A stretch of 64,000 nucleotides of DNA from Podarcis erhardii. Taxonomy: Eukaryota. The stretch lies in the NCBI GenBank assembly GCA_964252035.1, contig OZ176200.1. One strand, given 5' to 3'. The notes beneath the pieces are model-generated. The model did not search any database and had not been told where the DNA came from. It saw only the letters and a program-made list of their open reading frames with translations. Shown piece after piece: positions 1 through 12,024 of the stretch. The stretch's first letter is position 1. Every line of letters starts with the position of its first letter. The position numbers and the translations under genes were made by a program.

Positions 1-2620
1 ACAGTAGATTAATACGGATTACAAGGTTCCAGCAGAGAGTGAAGCAAAGAACCACTGGCATCCACGTGTGGAAGTTGCTAATTCTCTTTAAAAACCAATT
101 TTGTGGTTTGGTATTATCTCTTCAGGATTTGCTTAATGACCCTGAGGCATAATTACATAATTACAAAAATCTGAACTATTTCCCTATTTTTAGACATGTT
201 TCTAATTTAAATATTTTCGAAGCTATAGTTAGGGATGAAATGCAACACAGGGAATTATCAAATGTGGGGTTGTATCTCTCTCCACCGCCCCATTTATCAT
301 TTTAAAGGTTTTGCAGTTACTTTCTTCTGAAGGAGTCAGACTTTATGCCTAGACATTTTGAAGCATTGTGTTATGCTAAGAAGTCTCTCTGAAGCGTGAC
401 ACCCGGGTCATTAGTGTCAGACCGCTGTTCTGTCCCCTCCATCTACCAACCCACCAAAGTCCACTTGGTAATTCTTATTAACCCAATTCATCCTGGCTTT
501 GCTCTCTGGTCACAGATTATAAATTGTGAAAATATTTCTGTAAACTAAGGATAGTAAGGCCTAGCCTGTACTACTGTAATCAGAAAAGGCTTTCAGGGTG
601 TTGATCTGTCTAGAAAACAATCTCCCCCCCCCCCCGGGGATATTTTTACTGTATGATATGTGATGTGATATTTGAAATAATGACCTCAATCTAGGTCAGT
701 GCAAGAAAAGCCCCCCCCCCCATAAAAGGTAGCAGAAACTTTCTTCTTGTTTACTGGTTGTTGTCTTTTCATCCCTAAATGAATGTAGATTAATCCAGAA
801 TTTTTGAATTCATCCTAGTATCTATTCATTAAAATGTAATTATATTCTTGTTTTATACCTAATGTGTTGTAGAAGTGCTAATGATAAAAAAACTGGTAAA
901 GAAAGAAAGGAAAGACAATCAAAATCTGATTCAGAATATTAGTTGCAGGGCAAATTAGCACAGCTCTTATCCCTCCCCCTTTCAGTACCCAAATTTGCCT
1001 TGCCACAATGCAAAACACAGGGGACCACAGTATTAGCAAGAAGAGTGAATGTGAGTAGGGATTCCTTTGTCTTGAAATTCTAATGTGATCTTTTTCATTT
1101 GCCGAAACTTTTCTATTTTTGCTTTGGAAGAAATCACTTTAGTTCTCACAATACTATTCATAGTTAGTCAAGCTTTTTAAAAGTTAAAGAAAAGTTGCAG
1201 AGTTGTGCTTAAAATTAATTGTGCTTTCTTCATTCGATGCCCAAATGAACTTTTATTTCAAAAAATGGGACAGGGAGGAGGAAACCATTGGGAGCTCTGA
1301 ATAGGAGGAATCTGACCTTTGACCACTGAGAAGGCTGTGTCAGAAGTAAAGCAACTGCCTTCCCACAGTTGAAGGAGAAATAGGCATTGATCACCATGAG
1401 CCCTACCGAGTTGACTGACCCCGAGGAAACAACTAAAGGGCCACTGTCGACTGCAACAGTATAACTACACACAAATCTGAAACTTGGATAACAACTAATA
1501 GTTTACTTCCGGTGGGTGAAAGAGAATGCTAACTTTCAACCACTTCCTATACAATTTGCCCATGCCTTATTCTTCTAAAAAAGAAACCCAAGGCATAGCC
1601 ATTACAGTACTTGGCCCACAACATCACTTTTGTGTGCAGAAGCTCTGACCATTTTATTTATTTCTGTACATTTTATTTTGTTTCCTTTTACTTTTACATC
1701 ATCTTCTCCTCCAGTCCAAAATAACTCCCTCAAGATTATTCACAACATAAACTTGCATGGGATGCTTGTCTCCAATGCTCTCCTTTCAGCTGTGGCTCCT
1801 ATGTCATATCATGTGCTTCTCTGGAGGATCTCCTGATCCTCTAGATTTTGATCATAAGTACCATTGGCCTGGGCAACCAATAGCAACAAGCAGCAGCAAA
1901 CATCTGCTGCCCTGCCCACCATTAAGACAATGGCTTGGATCCTAATGTGAGTTGTTAAGGAAGTTCACAGATTTCCTTTCTCTTGCTTTCCCCTGCACCC
2001 CATCCCACATTGCTCAGGAGTTGCCCTCACAACCCCGATAAGGCTTTTTTTATGGCCACAGGTGGCTGCAGTGGAAGCAAGGAGATGAAAAACTTTCCTT
2101 CTGTGATTTTCATTAACTTTGGGTCCAAGGCAATAGCATTTGAAGCAACAAGTAATGTCTGCCCTGCATGCAGCTGGGGTTGTGGCAGCACAGCAGTGGT
2201 GATGCAGCTTTTAATTTTAGCAGAAGTAGTAATGAGAGTGGCTCAGGACCAGTCTGGAACAGACTCTAGCTACTCTTTGCCGATAACTAAACTGAACAGG
2301 AGAAGTCTTATCGGTTTATAGGTCAATTCATACCGTCCTAACATGAATCATACTCCCCCCCCCCCCAAAAAAAGTGCTGCTCTCTCACTACAGTGGGAAT
2401 TAGTTCAAATGGTATCCAAAAGAATGTAATTTTGCATGCAGCCATATAATTACTTGTCATTCATTTCTGCCCTGTGATCACTTGCAGGGAAACTTATGCA
2501 TTGTACTGGTGTAAGATTCCTGTGATGCTTTTTCAACTTTATTTCCATTATAATTTATCAACACACACAGAACATGCCAAGCTATAGCTGCTTTTCTTTT
2601 CAGAAGTTTGCAGGACAGAG

Positions 2621-2760
2621 NNNNNNNNNNNNNNNNNNNNNNNNNNNNNNNNNNNNNNNNNNNNNNNNNNNNNNNNNNNNNNNNNNNNNNNNNNNNNNNN
2701 NNNNNNNNNNNNNNNNNNNNNNNNNNNNNNNNNNNNNNNNNNNNNNNNNNNNNNNNNNNN
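2621..2760. other. Assembly gap (140 N)
   Basis: Run of N in the sequence. Confidence 1.
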
Positions 2761-5700
2761 TGAGCTAAGGTGTCATGCTCTTTCCTACGGCCAAATATGT
2801 AATAGAAATTGAATGTCCACTTATTCCAAGTTGTACGTGGTTTTGAACTCTGTGTTCTATGAACCTATGGAGGGAGAAGCCTGCTGAACAACATCCTGAA
2901 AATAGTGTTAGCTGACCAGAATCCCTCTGCATTCCCCCTTAATAGAAATGCTCAGCCAGATTCCATCTATCTGGTATCTGCAGTTGTGGGAAGATTTTTT
3001 TAAAAAATGCATTTCTTCAGCTTTTTTATATAAGTGTTTAGTGCCTTGATGAGACAGCAGTCACTCAAAAAGGGAAGACTTTCCTCACCACTTTGACTCG
3101 AGTCATCCTGTGGGAAAGGAAGCTAACTTATTCTAAACTGTAGGTGACCCTTGCCTTTTTTTGTGAGCAATGAAGACATAATGGGGGCCCAGCGAAGGTT
3201 TAGCGGAACCCCCACAGCCATCTGCGCACTTCATTGGCAGAAGTGCCTTTCACTTGAACTTGCATTTGACAAGTGTGTTCTGTCTTTCTCATTCAGAAGG
3301 GTCCTTCAAAGCCAGCTAATTGAAATGCTTGCACCCCTCTGTTCCTTTTCCTTGTGTCACCCCCCTCTTCCCCCCCCCCATTTGCTTAAATTGCAGGGCA
3401 CTAGTATTCATGGTTAATGAGCAAAAAAAGCCCATGCAGTTCTAGAGCTACATTTCTTTTAAAAAGCAAAACTGTATAGGAAAGTTTCTGAGTTCTGCCC
3501 CCCCAACCCCTCATACCAGCGTCTGAGAATCTAGTTTAGTCTAATAAAGAAGCTGAACACACACACCCCCTTCCTAAGTTTCTGTTGCACACTTGTTAAA
3601 AATTCTTTTTGTCTTCCTAGCCCTGGACTTTATGAAATGAAACACAAATCAGGCCCCTGGAATAAAAGGTTGCATGTATGCCTTGTGGCATTTGGAATGA
3701 AACTATTCACTGCCTGAATGACTATAAATAGAAAGCCAGGAGCTGTCTATTTCTCAACTTGGGGCTCCCTGTAAAGGAGCACCCTTCCCAGTAAAAGGTG
3801 ACTTTTGAAAGAAAACTTTGTTCTTTCCTTGTGGGAATTGAATTGCTCAGGAATTCTTCTTCATGCACTTCTGGTTAGAAGGCATTAATCTCCAATTTAT
3901 TTTTAACAACAGCATTCTCTGTGTAATAAATGTGTATTCTTGGACCTGTAGCCAGATATGCCATCTCATCTGTGGAGTTCCATGTAAAATTCTGAATACA
4001 GAACAAACAGTTCTCTTTGCATTTTGCTGCTGAAAGCTTTCTATTGGCTCTCTTCCAGCTGTCGGCTCCTTTTTATCTTGTATTCATTTTTTAGTAAGAA
4101 GGCTAAATTAGTGGTGCACAGGTTTTCTTTCCCAGGTTTTGAGAGACAGAACAAGAATCGTGATTGATTTTTATTATTATTATTATAAAAGATTTTATTC
4201 TCCCGATGGACTTCTGAAGTTGCCGACATAAGAACTCCAATAGCTTACTGTTGCAGTTCTTCAGGCAATTTGTTTGGTTGATTTAGCCGATATGAATGCT
4301 CAGAAATCCCCTGTGTTGTGCACTTATGCAAATACAGTTTCAGAGTACTTTCTCCTCCCCTTTTAGGTTTTTCTAAAGAAACCAGGAGATGCCGGGAGGG
4401 GAGTTGCTCATTGACTGGTATAGTTCTACTGGCTTTGATGGGGCTACAAGCGTGAAAGTGGTGAAAGTGGTCAATAAATCATCCGCCTGAGCAGGCAATT
4501 TTAAAAACTGTCTTACACCACAATTGTTTGAGTTGTGAGAAGAGGAATTCACACCTAAGTTGGAAGCTTTCTGCAAAATTAACATATGAAATTTAAATCA
4601 CCTCCCTGTTAAGTCATTTTGTTTTAGCTTCTAGGTATCTTTTCATTTCTTTCTGTGATTGTATATGCAAATTTACCGAGGATAGATTTGCATCCTGGTC
4701 TTGGTTTTTAGTTGAGGCATTTCTTATTATGAAAGCTTACAGCATTAACCTATTGAAAACTACCTATTGTATTTAAACTTCAGCCTTATTTTTGAATAAA
4801 AAGCAATAGGAAACAATTATTTGAGGCCTGTCTTAATTTTGTATGCTGAATTAATCTAGAACTGGGAAATGGCCATACTTCAGCTTGCATGAGGAAATGA
4901 CGGAAAATAGTTAAAACTTAAAGATGATTGATTACTCATGTGGCTGAACCATAAGAAACCTCTAGGTGGCTTAAGTTGTTTTTAACACACACACCCCAGT
5001 TGAACATTGGCATAGGCAAACAATATAATGCCCCATGTCTTTCCACTTAATATTGGTTGCCTCTTGGCTTTTATGATTGCAGTCGTTCGTATGTCTGCAT
5101 GCTGATTTCAGTGTAATGCTCCATATGTTTTGCTTGTCACCTTTTATTGTAAGACTTCCTTCACCTAAGGTGGCCCCCTGCTGCCCTTTTGCATGGCAGC
5201 TCCTATAGGTAGCCCTGCTGCCTTTTCCCTTTCTAACTTTCCCTTGGGAGCCTGTTGAGAACTATTGAAGACGTTGAATCCATTGTCAGTTTTCATCTTG
5301 CTTTGTCTCTGCAGACTTTGTTCATCATTTACCACAATTTTACAAGGTTTTTTTTGGAAAATGTCGTCTATCATCCATTCATACATGTAAATTTTCCATT
5401 CAGTTGTTCATTCTGTTTACAGTGGCTAGATTCCCCCCTCCCCCCGTAATGGCCATTTGCCTTTTTAAATCTCTTCTGGAGATGTTTAATTTCCTTATAA
5501 TACAACATCATAACATGGTTGCTTAAATGTTGATTGAGGTCCTACGTATAACTAGAAAATTTTCTATTGCTGAAATTTCTGAACTTTTAAAGTATGCTAC
5601 CATTGATTGGTTGTTATCTAATGCTAGCTTCTGCAAAAATATATATTAAATGTATAAAACTGGTCTAAGCATGTTTAGGTACTGACAAATAGTTTCAGCA

Positions 5701-7948
5701 TGTTAGAGGATTATACAGCTGTGATGCTGCTTGGATTTTGAACTGACCTTGTAGTTGTTGACTGGACTTGTTTCCTAATTGCATCAAATTGTAATATTTT
5801 AGAGGATGACGGACTATGTGTTTAGCTGCAATGATACACACATCCTTGTGTAGCCTTGAAAATCAGTGGGATTTAATCGGACTAAATGCATGCAAGATTA
5901 CAGCCAGTGTCATGACTGCTACTGTTAGAATAGTTCCCATTACCAGGTCCTCTAGTAATTGTCTGTCACTTGGTGAAAACCAAAGATGGAGATTTACAAA
6001 GGAAGTCTAGCTGCATAAGAACTTGGTATGCAAATTTTCTTACCCCAAGTCCGCCTAAGTACTCATTATTTCATTTCAGCACTAATCACTATCTTTGAAT
6101 CTAATTCTCACTGCTTTGTTTGCTTGTTCAGCCTTCCAGTATATTGCTGTTTAGGACTATGACTTGCATTTTGAAGTTCAAGTATTTAATTGCTATTGTG
6201 AAATCATTATGAAAGATTTCCTTGTGCTAACACCCAAATTTCCATGCTGAATTCTTAACACTCATAAATATATTAGTGAAATGCTGTAAGATAAAAGTAT
6301 ATTGCGTGTGTTTTAATCTCTTCCAAAAGTGTTATAGCCCCTACGCTATTGACACCACTTTAAAACAAAATGATGTTGTCACCTACTATGGCCAACTAAA
6401 GACTCCTCTTTAAAAAAAATCCTGCTATTGCTCAATATATTCACCTTTCAGTGTGAGACTTTTTATTACTTGGTGCCATGTGCACCCTAATTGCTTTCCA
6501 TATTGCCATATCGGAGAAAGATTCTCAGCTAACTTCTGTAAATGTGAACATGCATCAGACTTCTCTCTTTCTGTGGCTGTTATCTAGGATAAGATTTATC
6601 TCTAGCTTTACTTACTGCTGCTATAGTAAGATGTGGGCTAGGAAGAAGGCTGGAGAAATGGATTTGACCAAAGCTTAACTGCCAGTGGTCTTCCACTGTA
6701 GCAATAACAAGGCCAGATATTATGAATCTTGTTAAAACATAACACAGACTTATGGATGTCCAGGTCTCCCAACAGTCATTTGGGTCAGCTTTCCTGTGGT
6801 GTTTCATTTCTCACCCTTCAACATATATTTCTTATAATTGCATTTAAACTTGATAAGCTAGGGGTGGCCCAAATTACTCCGATCAAAATGAATGTAGAAA
6901 GTGAAACAACCAAAAACTTAACTGGGGTCCACTCTGCCCATAGCAACTTCTGAAAATAGAGTGTGTAAAACCTTAGAATTTACGTGTGCCACAAAGTACA
7001 TGTTTATGTGGTCAGTACTACTTCAAGAGCCCTGGAGTAGGTTCTCCCCTATTTTTGTAACATAAAAACAAAACTGTCGCTGACTGCACAGCAAAAAACC
7101 CATGACAAGAAACTTCAGGGGTCTGTTGGATTACAGGGGTATTTTTTCTGCTCCATCTTGGACTCCAAAAAAAGAGAGAGCTGAACAAACTTTTAAAGCA
7201 GTTGGAAATGGAAGCTGGGGGGGGGGGTATGGGGTGAGCGCAGAGGCGCTGCAAAATTTGGTCGGAGGCTGCATGTAGCGGCCTTTGAGGAGGAGGAGGA
7301 AGCAGACTTTGCAGAAAACAAGCAATATAGAACTACTTTTTGTAGGTGCATCTTGAGTTCACAATCTTTCAGTCACATTTCCTTGTTTTCATCACTGTGT
7401 TGGGATCTTAAGATACCAATAATTCATTTGTGGGTGTGGGTGTGAGGGGGGTTAAGCAAAGGTACAATCGTCTCCTGCAGCTTATCTCATGGGTGGGGTG
7501 GAAGCTGGGTCCTGTTACTCCTGCATCATGTCATGCATTTTAATTATTAACTTTATAATAAGGGAGGGGTCTCACAAATGAATGTTCCAAGTATAGAAAA
7601 TCAAAAGCTTTTACTAAAACGTTAATAATAACAACAACAAATAGCCATAGTAACAAGGAACACATGACCGGAGACAGCTTTTCTGCCCTTGCTGTTATAT
7701 GCAAACCTAGTAACCCTTCATGCTTTTGACCATTGTAGTGTAATTTGATTTTTCATAGCCTTGTTCACCATTTGAAGCGGTATGGAAGATGGTGTGAGTG
7801 AGCCGACATTGGTTATACTCAGAGTAGCCCCTTTTGAAATCAATGGAATTAAGACCATTGATTTCAATGTGTGTACTCCTAATAGGACATAGTTTGATAT
7901 CACCAGTTTTCAAATTAAGGCACAATCTAATGCAGTCAATTGGGGGGG

Positions 7949-8135
7949 GGGGAGCATAGCAAAGTGGCAGAGCATTTTCAGTATATGGCATCTCCATATA
8001 TATATCTTATTATAAAAGCATCAGGTAGCTGATAGTGGGAAAAACCTCTGCCTGAGACCCTGGAAAGCTACTGTCAGCCAGAGTAGACTGCGCTGGGCAA
8101 GAACATCAAATAGTCTGGCCTGGCTAAGGCAGCGT
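7949..8135 (+). mobile_element. Degraded tRNA-derived squamate SINE (Squam3-like)
   Basis: A-box-like head gcaaagtggcagagc; body cctgagaccctggaaagctactgtcagccagagtagac; tail taaggcagc. The family name is from recall. Confidence 0.6.
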
Positions 8136-8665
8136 TCCCCCTCTTTGGGCCTCAGGCTGAATGGAGGCAAGCAGCTTGCCACTTACTCCCCTTTCAGCCT
8201 AGCTGCCAGGCGCCAGATGTGTGCATGTCCCTGTGTGCTGCTCTCCGCTGCCAGCATTTTGCTAGCAGCAGGAGGGCATGTGCACATGTGGCATCATCCT
8301 CTTTGCTTGCTTGCTCCAAACCAAACGGGATTGGCTGGTGGTGGTAGCAAGAAGTTCCTCTTCTCGATTCCTGCTTGGCTTTATGCCCAGCTGTTAAAAG
8401 TTCAGAATCCTTTTCCTTATTTCTGTCTGTTCACCCGAGCGGCGGCTGCTGGTAAATAACACTGCTCAGTATGGTGCTGCCTCTGCCGTTGCCATCTATT
8501 ACCTTAATCTTTTAAGAGACACATTTCCCCCCAGGCTTTTGTTAAAGCTAAGCCCTGTCTTCTGTATGTTATAATTAATTACTGTATTTGTATTGATGTT
8601 CTGTATATTGATGTAACCTTTGTGTTTTTAATTTTGCTGCATTTAGAGGTAAATAAATGGATGGT

Positions 8666-8666
8666 G

Positions 8667-8711
<45 letters not shown>
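8666..8711. repeat. (TAA)n microsatellite
   Basis: Direct reading. Confidence 0.95.
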
Positions 8712-8833
8712 TTTTCCTTAATATCTGAGGGCTGTCCTTTGTACGTAGGAAATCCCTCCTAGGCTCTCCTTTCCCATTATTCCTGCCTGGCATGTTTGCA
8801 TGTAGGTACCATGTTTGAAAATAGCAAGGATGA

Positions 8834-9252
8834 CAGAGACCTTTGCTTCAAGATGATAAAGGGTCTGGAAATCAAGCCTTATGAGGAACACTGGAGGGAG
8901 TTGGGTGTGTTTAGCCTCAGAAAGAGGAGATTAAGAGGAGATATGATATCTGTCTTCAAATATCTAAAGGGCTGTCACATGGAAGATGGAGCATGTTTGT
9001 TTTCTAGGACCCAAACCAATGGATTCAAGTTACAAGAAAGTAGATTCCAACTAAACAGGAAGAATTTCTGGTGGTAAGAGCTGTTCCACAGTGGAACGCA
9101 CTCCCTCAGGAGGTGGTAGACTCTCTTTTATTGGGCGTTGTTAAGCAGAGGTTGGATGGCTATCTATCTGTCTTGGATGCTTTAGTTGAGATTTGTGCAT
9201 GGCCAGAGGTTAGACTAGATGACTCCCAGGGTTCCTTCCAACTCTATGATTC
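8834..9252 (+). mobile_element. CR1 LINE, 5'-truncated 3' fragment (older)
   Basis: RT C-terminal peptide [27 protein letters not shown]; ends in ccttccaactctatgattct. Confidence 0.92.
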
Positions 9253-9544
9253 TTCCGTGTCCTCTTCCATGCTCAGTGGATGTACATTTCAGGGGTTAGG
9301 GATATAGGTGTGCATGTATTAGCTGTATGACTTTTGCATGTTGTTAGTCTGTCATATATTTAGACCGACTGTTGCCTGCCCTGAAGGTATACTGGAACAG
9401 GATTGAGCAATTCTGTGAATATAAAGAACAGAAGACTTATGTAGAATTCAATAATAACTAGAATCAGAATTAAGGGACACTTCTTTTATTCAGGATTAAC
9501 TTGGTCTAGTTAACTCCCAAAGAAACTCCCAAATGACATTTATT

Positions 9545-9608
9545 TCATAGAATTATGGAATTGTAGAGTTGAAAGGGACCCCAACGGCCATCTAGCCCAA
9601 ACCCTGCA
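9545..9608 (-). mobile_element. Short CR1-type 3' terminal fragment
   Basis: catagaattatggaattgtagagttgaaagggacccc...ggccatctag; similar stubs at about 20109-20145 and 54599-54650. Confidence 0.65.
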
Positions 9609-10086
9609 ATTATTTATTTATTTGTATCATTATTTAATTCTATTTGTTGGTTGCTTTCCTCACAAAAGTGACCCAAAGCAACTTAAATTTAATTAAAAGA
9701 CATGCAACCAATAAAAGCCTAAAACACATACTTAGAGAAATTCTCTTCAGGGGTATTCCTCAACAGTTACTTCATTCCCATACTCAATGAAACCGCTGCC
9801 TAATTTATTAACTTAATCCCCTATAGATCACTTAGGCATTTGTATCCACATTTGTTATTCCTGTATTGAGTGTTTTAATGTAACTCATAGGTGGACAGTA
9901 CAAGCCACACAGATTTCTACTTTTTGGATATAAAACAAACATTGCAATTGTATGGAGACTTCCAGTTGATACAAAACACAAGTACGTACGTTTCTACTAT
10001 CATAATAAACATTAATTTTTAGAATCTGTTTTAGGGTTTTCTTTGACAAATCTAATTGACCCCACCTCCTGTTTGTTGTTTTATGG

Positions 10087-10222
10087 CAGGCATCCCCAAA
10101 CTTGGCCCTCCAGATGTTTTGGGACTACAACTCCCATCATCCCTCGCTAATAGGACCAGTGGTCAGGGATGATTGGAATTGTAGTCCCAAAACATCTGGG
10201 GGGCCAAGTTTGGGGATGCCTG
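10087..10222. mobile_element. hAT-type MITE (136 bp, palindromic)
   Basis: TIR CAGGCATCCCCAAACT / AGTTTGGGGATGCCTG; 8-bp TSD TTTTATGG / TTTTAGGG (1 mismatch). Confidence 0.85.
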
Positions 10223-10488
10223 TTTTAGGGTATGCTCATACATTATTGTTTTTTAAACCATCCAGCAGCAACAACAACTGCCTTTTCTGCTGTTGCTTGA
10301 CTTCTCCCAGCTATTAACCCTGCAGGTTACAGGCCCCATTGTAAAAAGCAGCTGCACCTGGAAACCGATTGGAAATGGGTTGGGTAGGTATGGCCAAGAG
10401 TAACTATTACTACCACTACAATTTCTTACTCACCCTTCACTATAAGGTTCCACAGCGCATTATGGCAATTAAAAAATACAATATTAAA

Positions 10489-10847
10489 GGTAAAGGTAAA
10501 GGTACCCCTGCCCGTTTGGGCCAGTCTTGCCAGACTCTAGGGTTGTGCGCTCATCTCACTCTGTAGGCCGGGAGCCAGCGCTGTCCGCAGACACTTCCGG
10601 GTCACGTGGCCAGCGTGACAAGCTGCATCTGGCGAGCCAGCGCAGCACACGGAACGTCGTTTACCTCCCCGCTGGTAAGCGGTCCCTATTTATCTACTTG
10701 CACCCGGAGGTGCTTTCGAACTGCTAGGTTGGCAGGCGCTGGGACCAAACGACGGGAGCGCACCCCGCCGCGGGGATTCGAACCGCCGACCATGCGATCG
10801 GCAAGTCCTAGGCGCTGAGGCTTTACCCACAGCGCCACCCGCGTCCC
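10489..10847 (-). mobile_element. Full-length Sauria SINE (POM/lacertid type)
   Basis: tRNA-like head with A box (10827-10837) and B box GGTTCGAATCC (10774-10784); (ACCTTT)n tail; 11-bp TSD ACAATATTAAA at 10478-10488 and 10848-10858. Confidence 0.95.
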
Positions 10848-11111
10848 ACAATATTAAAACACGTTTAAAACAAATTACAGCCACACTAATAGGATCGGTC
10901 CTGAAATACCTGTCAGGTATCAAAAGGAAAGAGGAGTGTTTTCAGCATGCAGAACACTTGTATAGAATTCAAATAATAACTGGAATTTGAATTCAGGGAC
11001 GTTTCTTTTATTGAGGATTAACTTGGTCCAGTTCATGCGGTGGCAGCACCAGTAGCATCTCTTAGCAGCAGCAGCAGTATATTTGGCCAGTCAGTTCCAT
11101 ATAATTTCTCT

Positions 11112-11278
11112 CTATAGCTCAGAGCTAGAGCCCCTGATGAGCATGTGGGAAGGTCCAGGTTCGGTCCCTGTTATCTCCTGGTGGTGCCGGGAGAGATTTC
11201 TGCCTGAAACCCTGGAGGGCTGATGATGCTGAGCCAAGCAGGCGAATGGTCTGACACCGTATAAGGTGGCTTCGTATA
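11112..11278 (+). mobile_element. Squam3-like SINE, degraded
   Basis: ctatagctcag...gaaggtccaggttc...ctgcctgaaaccctggag...tggtctgac..gtataaggtggctt. Confidence 0.7.
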
Positions 11279-11414
11279 ATTATCTGAATGTTTCTCATCA
11301 CAGTTATGATTCACAACAGAGGGCTTTATTTGTACTATTTTAAAGTTATTTCTGATGTGTGTACCTTTGTCTGATTAACTAGTTCCAAATAAGTCTTGGA
11401 CACAGAATCATCTG

Positions 11415-11415
<1 letters not shown>

Positions 11416-11482
<67 letters not shown>
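11416..11482. repeat. Compound (TTA)n(TTTA)n microsatellite
   Basis: Direct reading; probably the tail of the adjacent antisense L2. Confidence 0.9.
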
Positions 11483-11529
11483 CACTTTCTATAACAAACA
11501 AAAACAATTACCCCCCACTCCAGTTTAAA

Positions 11530-11765
11530 AGGCCATAGCTTGTCTAATTCACCAAAGGCCTGGGAGAAGAGGAATGTTTTTGCCTGGTATGTAAAGATAT
11601 GTAAGAAAGATGCCAGACGAGCCTCCCTGGGGAGAGCATTCCACTAGCAGGGAGCCACCAGAGAAAAGGCCCGTTCTTGTGTTGCCACCCTCTGGATTTC
11701 TCGTGGAGGGGGCACACAAAGAAGGGCCTCAGGTGATCATTGCAGGGCCTGGGTTGGTTCAGTCC
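11530..11765 (-). mobile_element. L2 LINE 3' fragment
   Basis: ccaaaggcctggga..., ggggagagcattccac...ggagccacc.gagaaaaggccc; matches the other antisense L2 ends in this window. Confidence 0.7.
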
Positions 11766-11972
11766 TTGAGGTACGCTTTCCTAACTACAGAATAGATCGA
11801 GGATGACTGGCTTGCTTGGGTAGATGAGATTGAGGGAAGTCTAAGGCTTGAATGATTAAGCTGCATGAGCATTTAATTTTCTTTTCCATTATAATGGATC
11901 ATTGCATTGCTTTGGAAATACCTTTAAAGCAATGGGTTAAATTTTACAACTGGCAAGTGTACTTTTGGTTGC

Positions 11973-12024
11973 GGAAGACATTCCTGCTGTAGGAAGACAT
12001 TCCTGCTGCGGAAGACATTCCTGC
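11973..12024. repeat. Three copies of GGAAGACATTCCTGC (period 18-19)
   Basis: Copies at 11973-11987, 11992-12006 and 12010-12024. Confidence 0.95.

Noticed and set aside
10774-10847. tRNA-like sequence with A and B boxes (- strand)
   Set aside because: It is the head of a Sauria SINE with tail and TSD, not a tRNA gene
11973-12024. Direct repeats resembling a CRISPR array
   Set aside because: Spacers are only 3-4 nt and the context is a vertebrate intron
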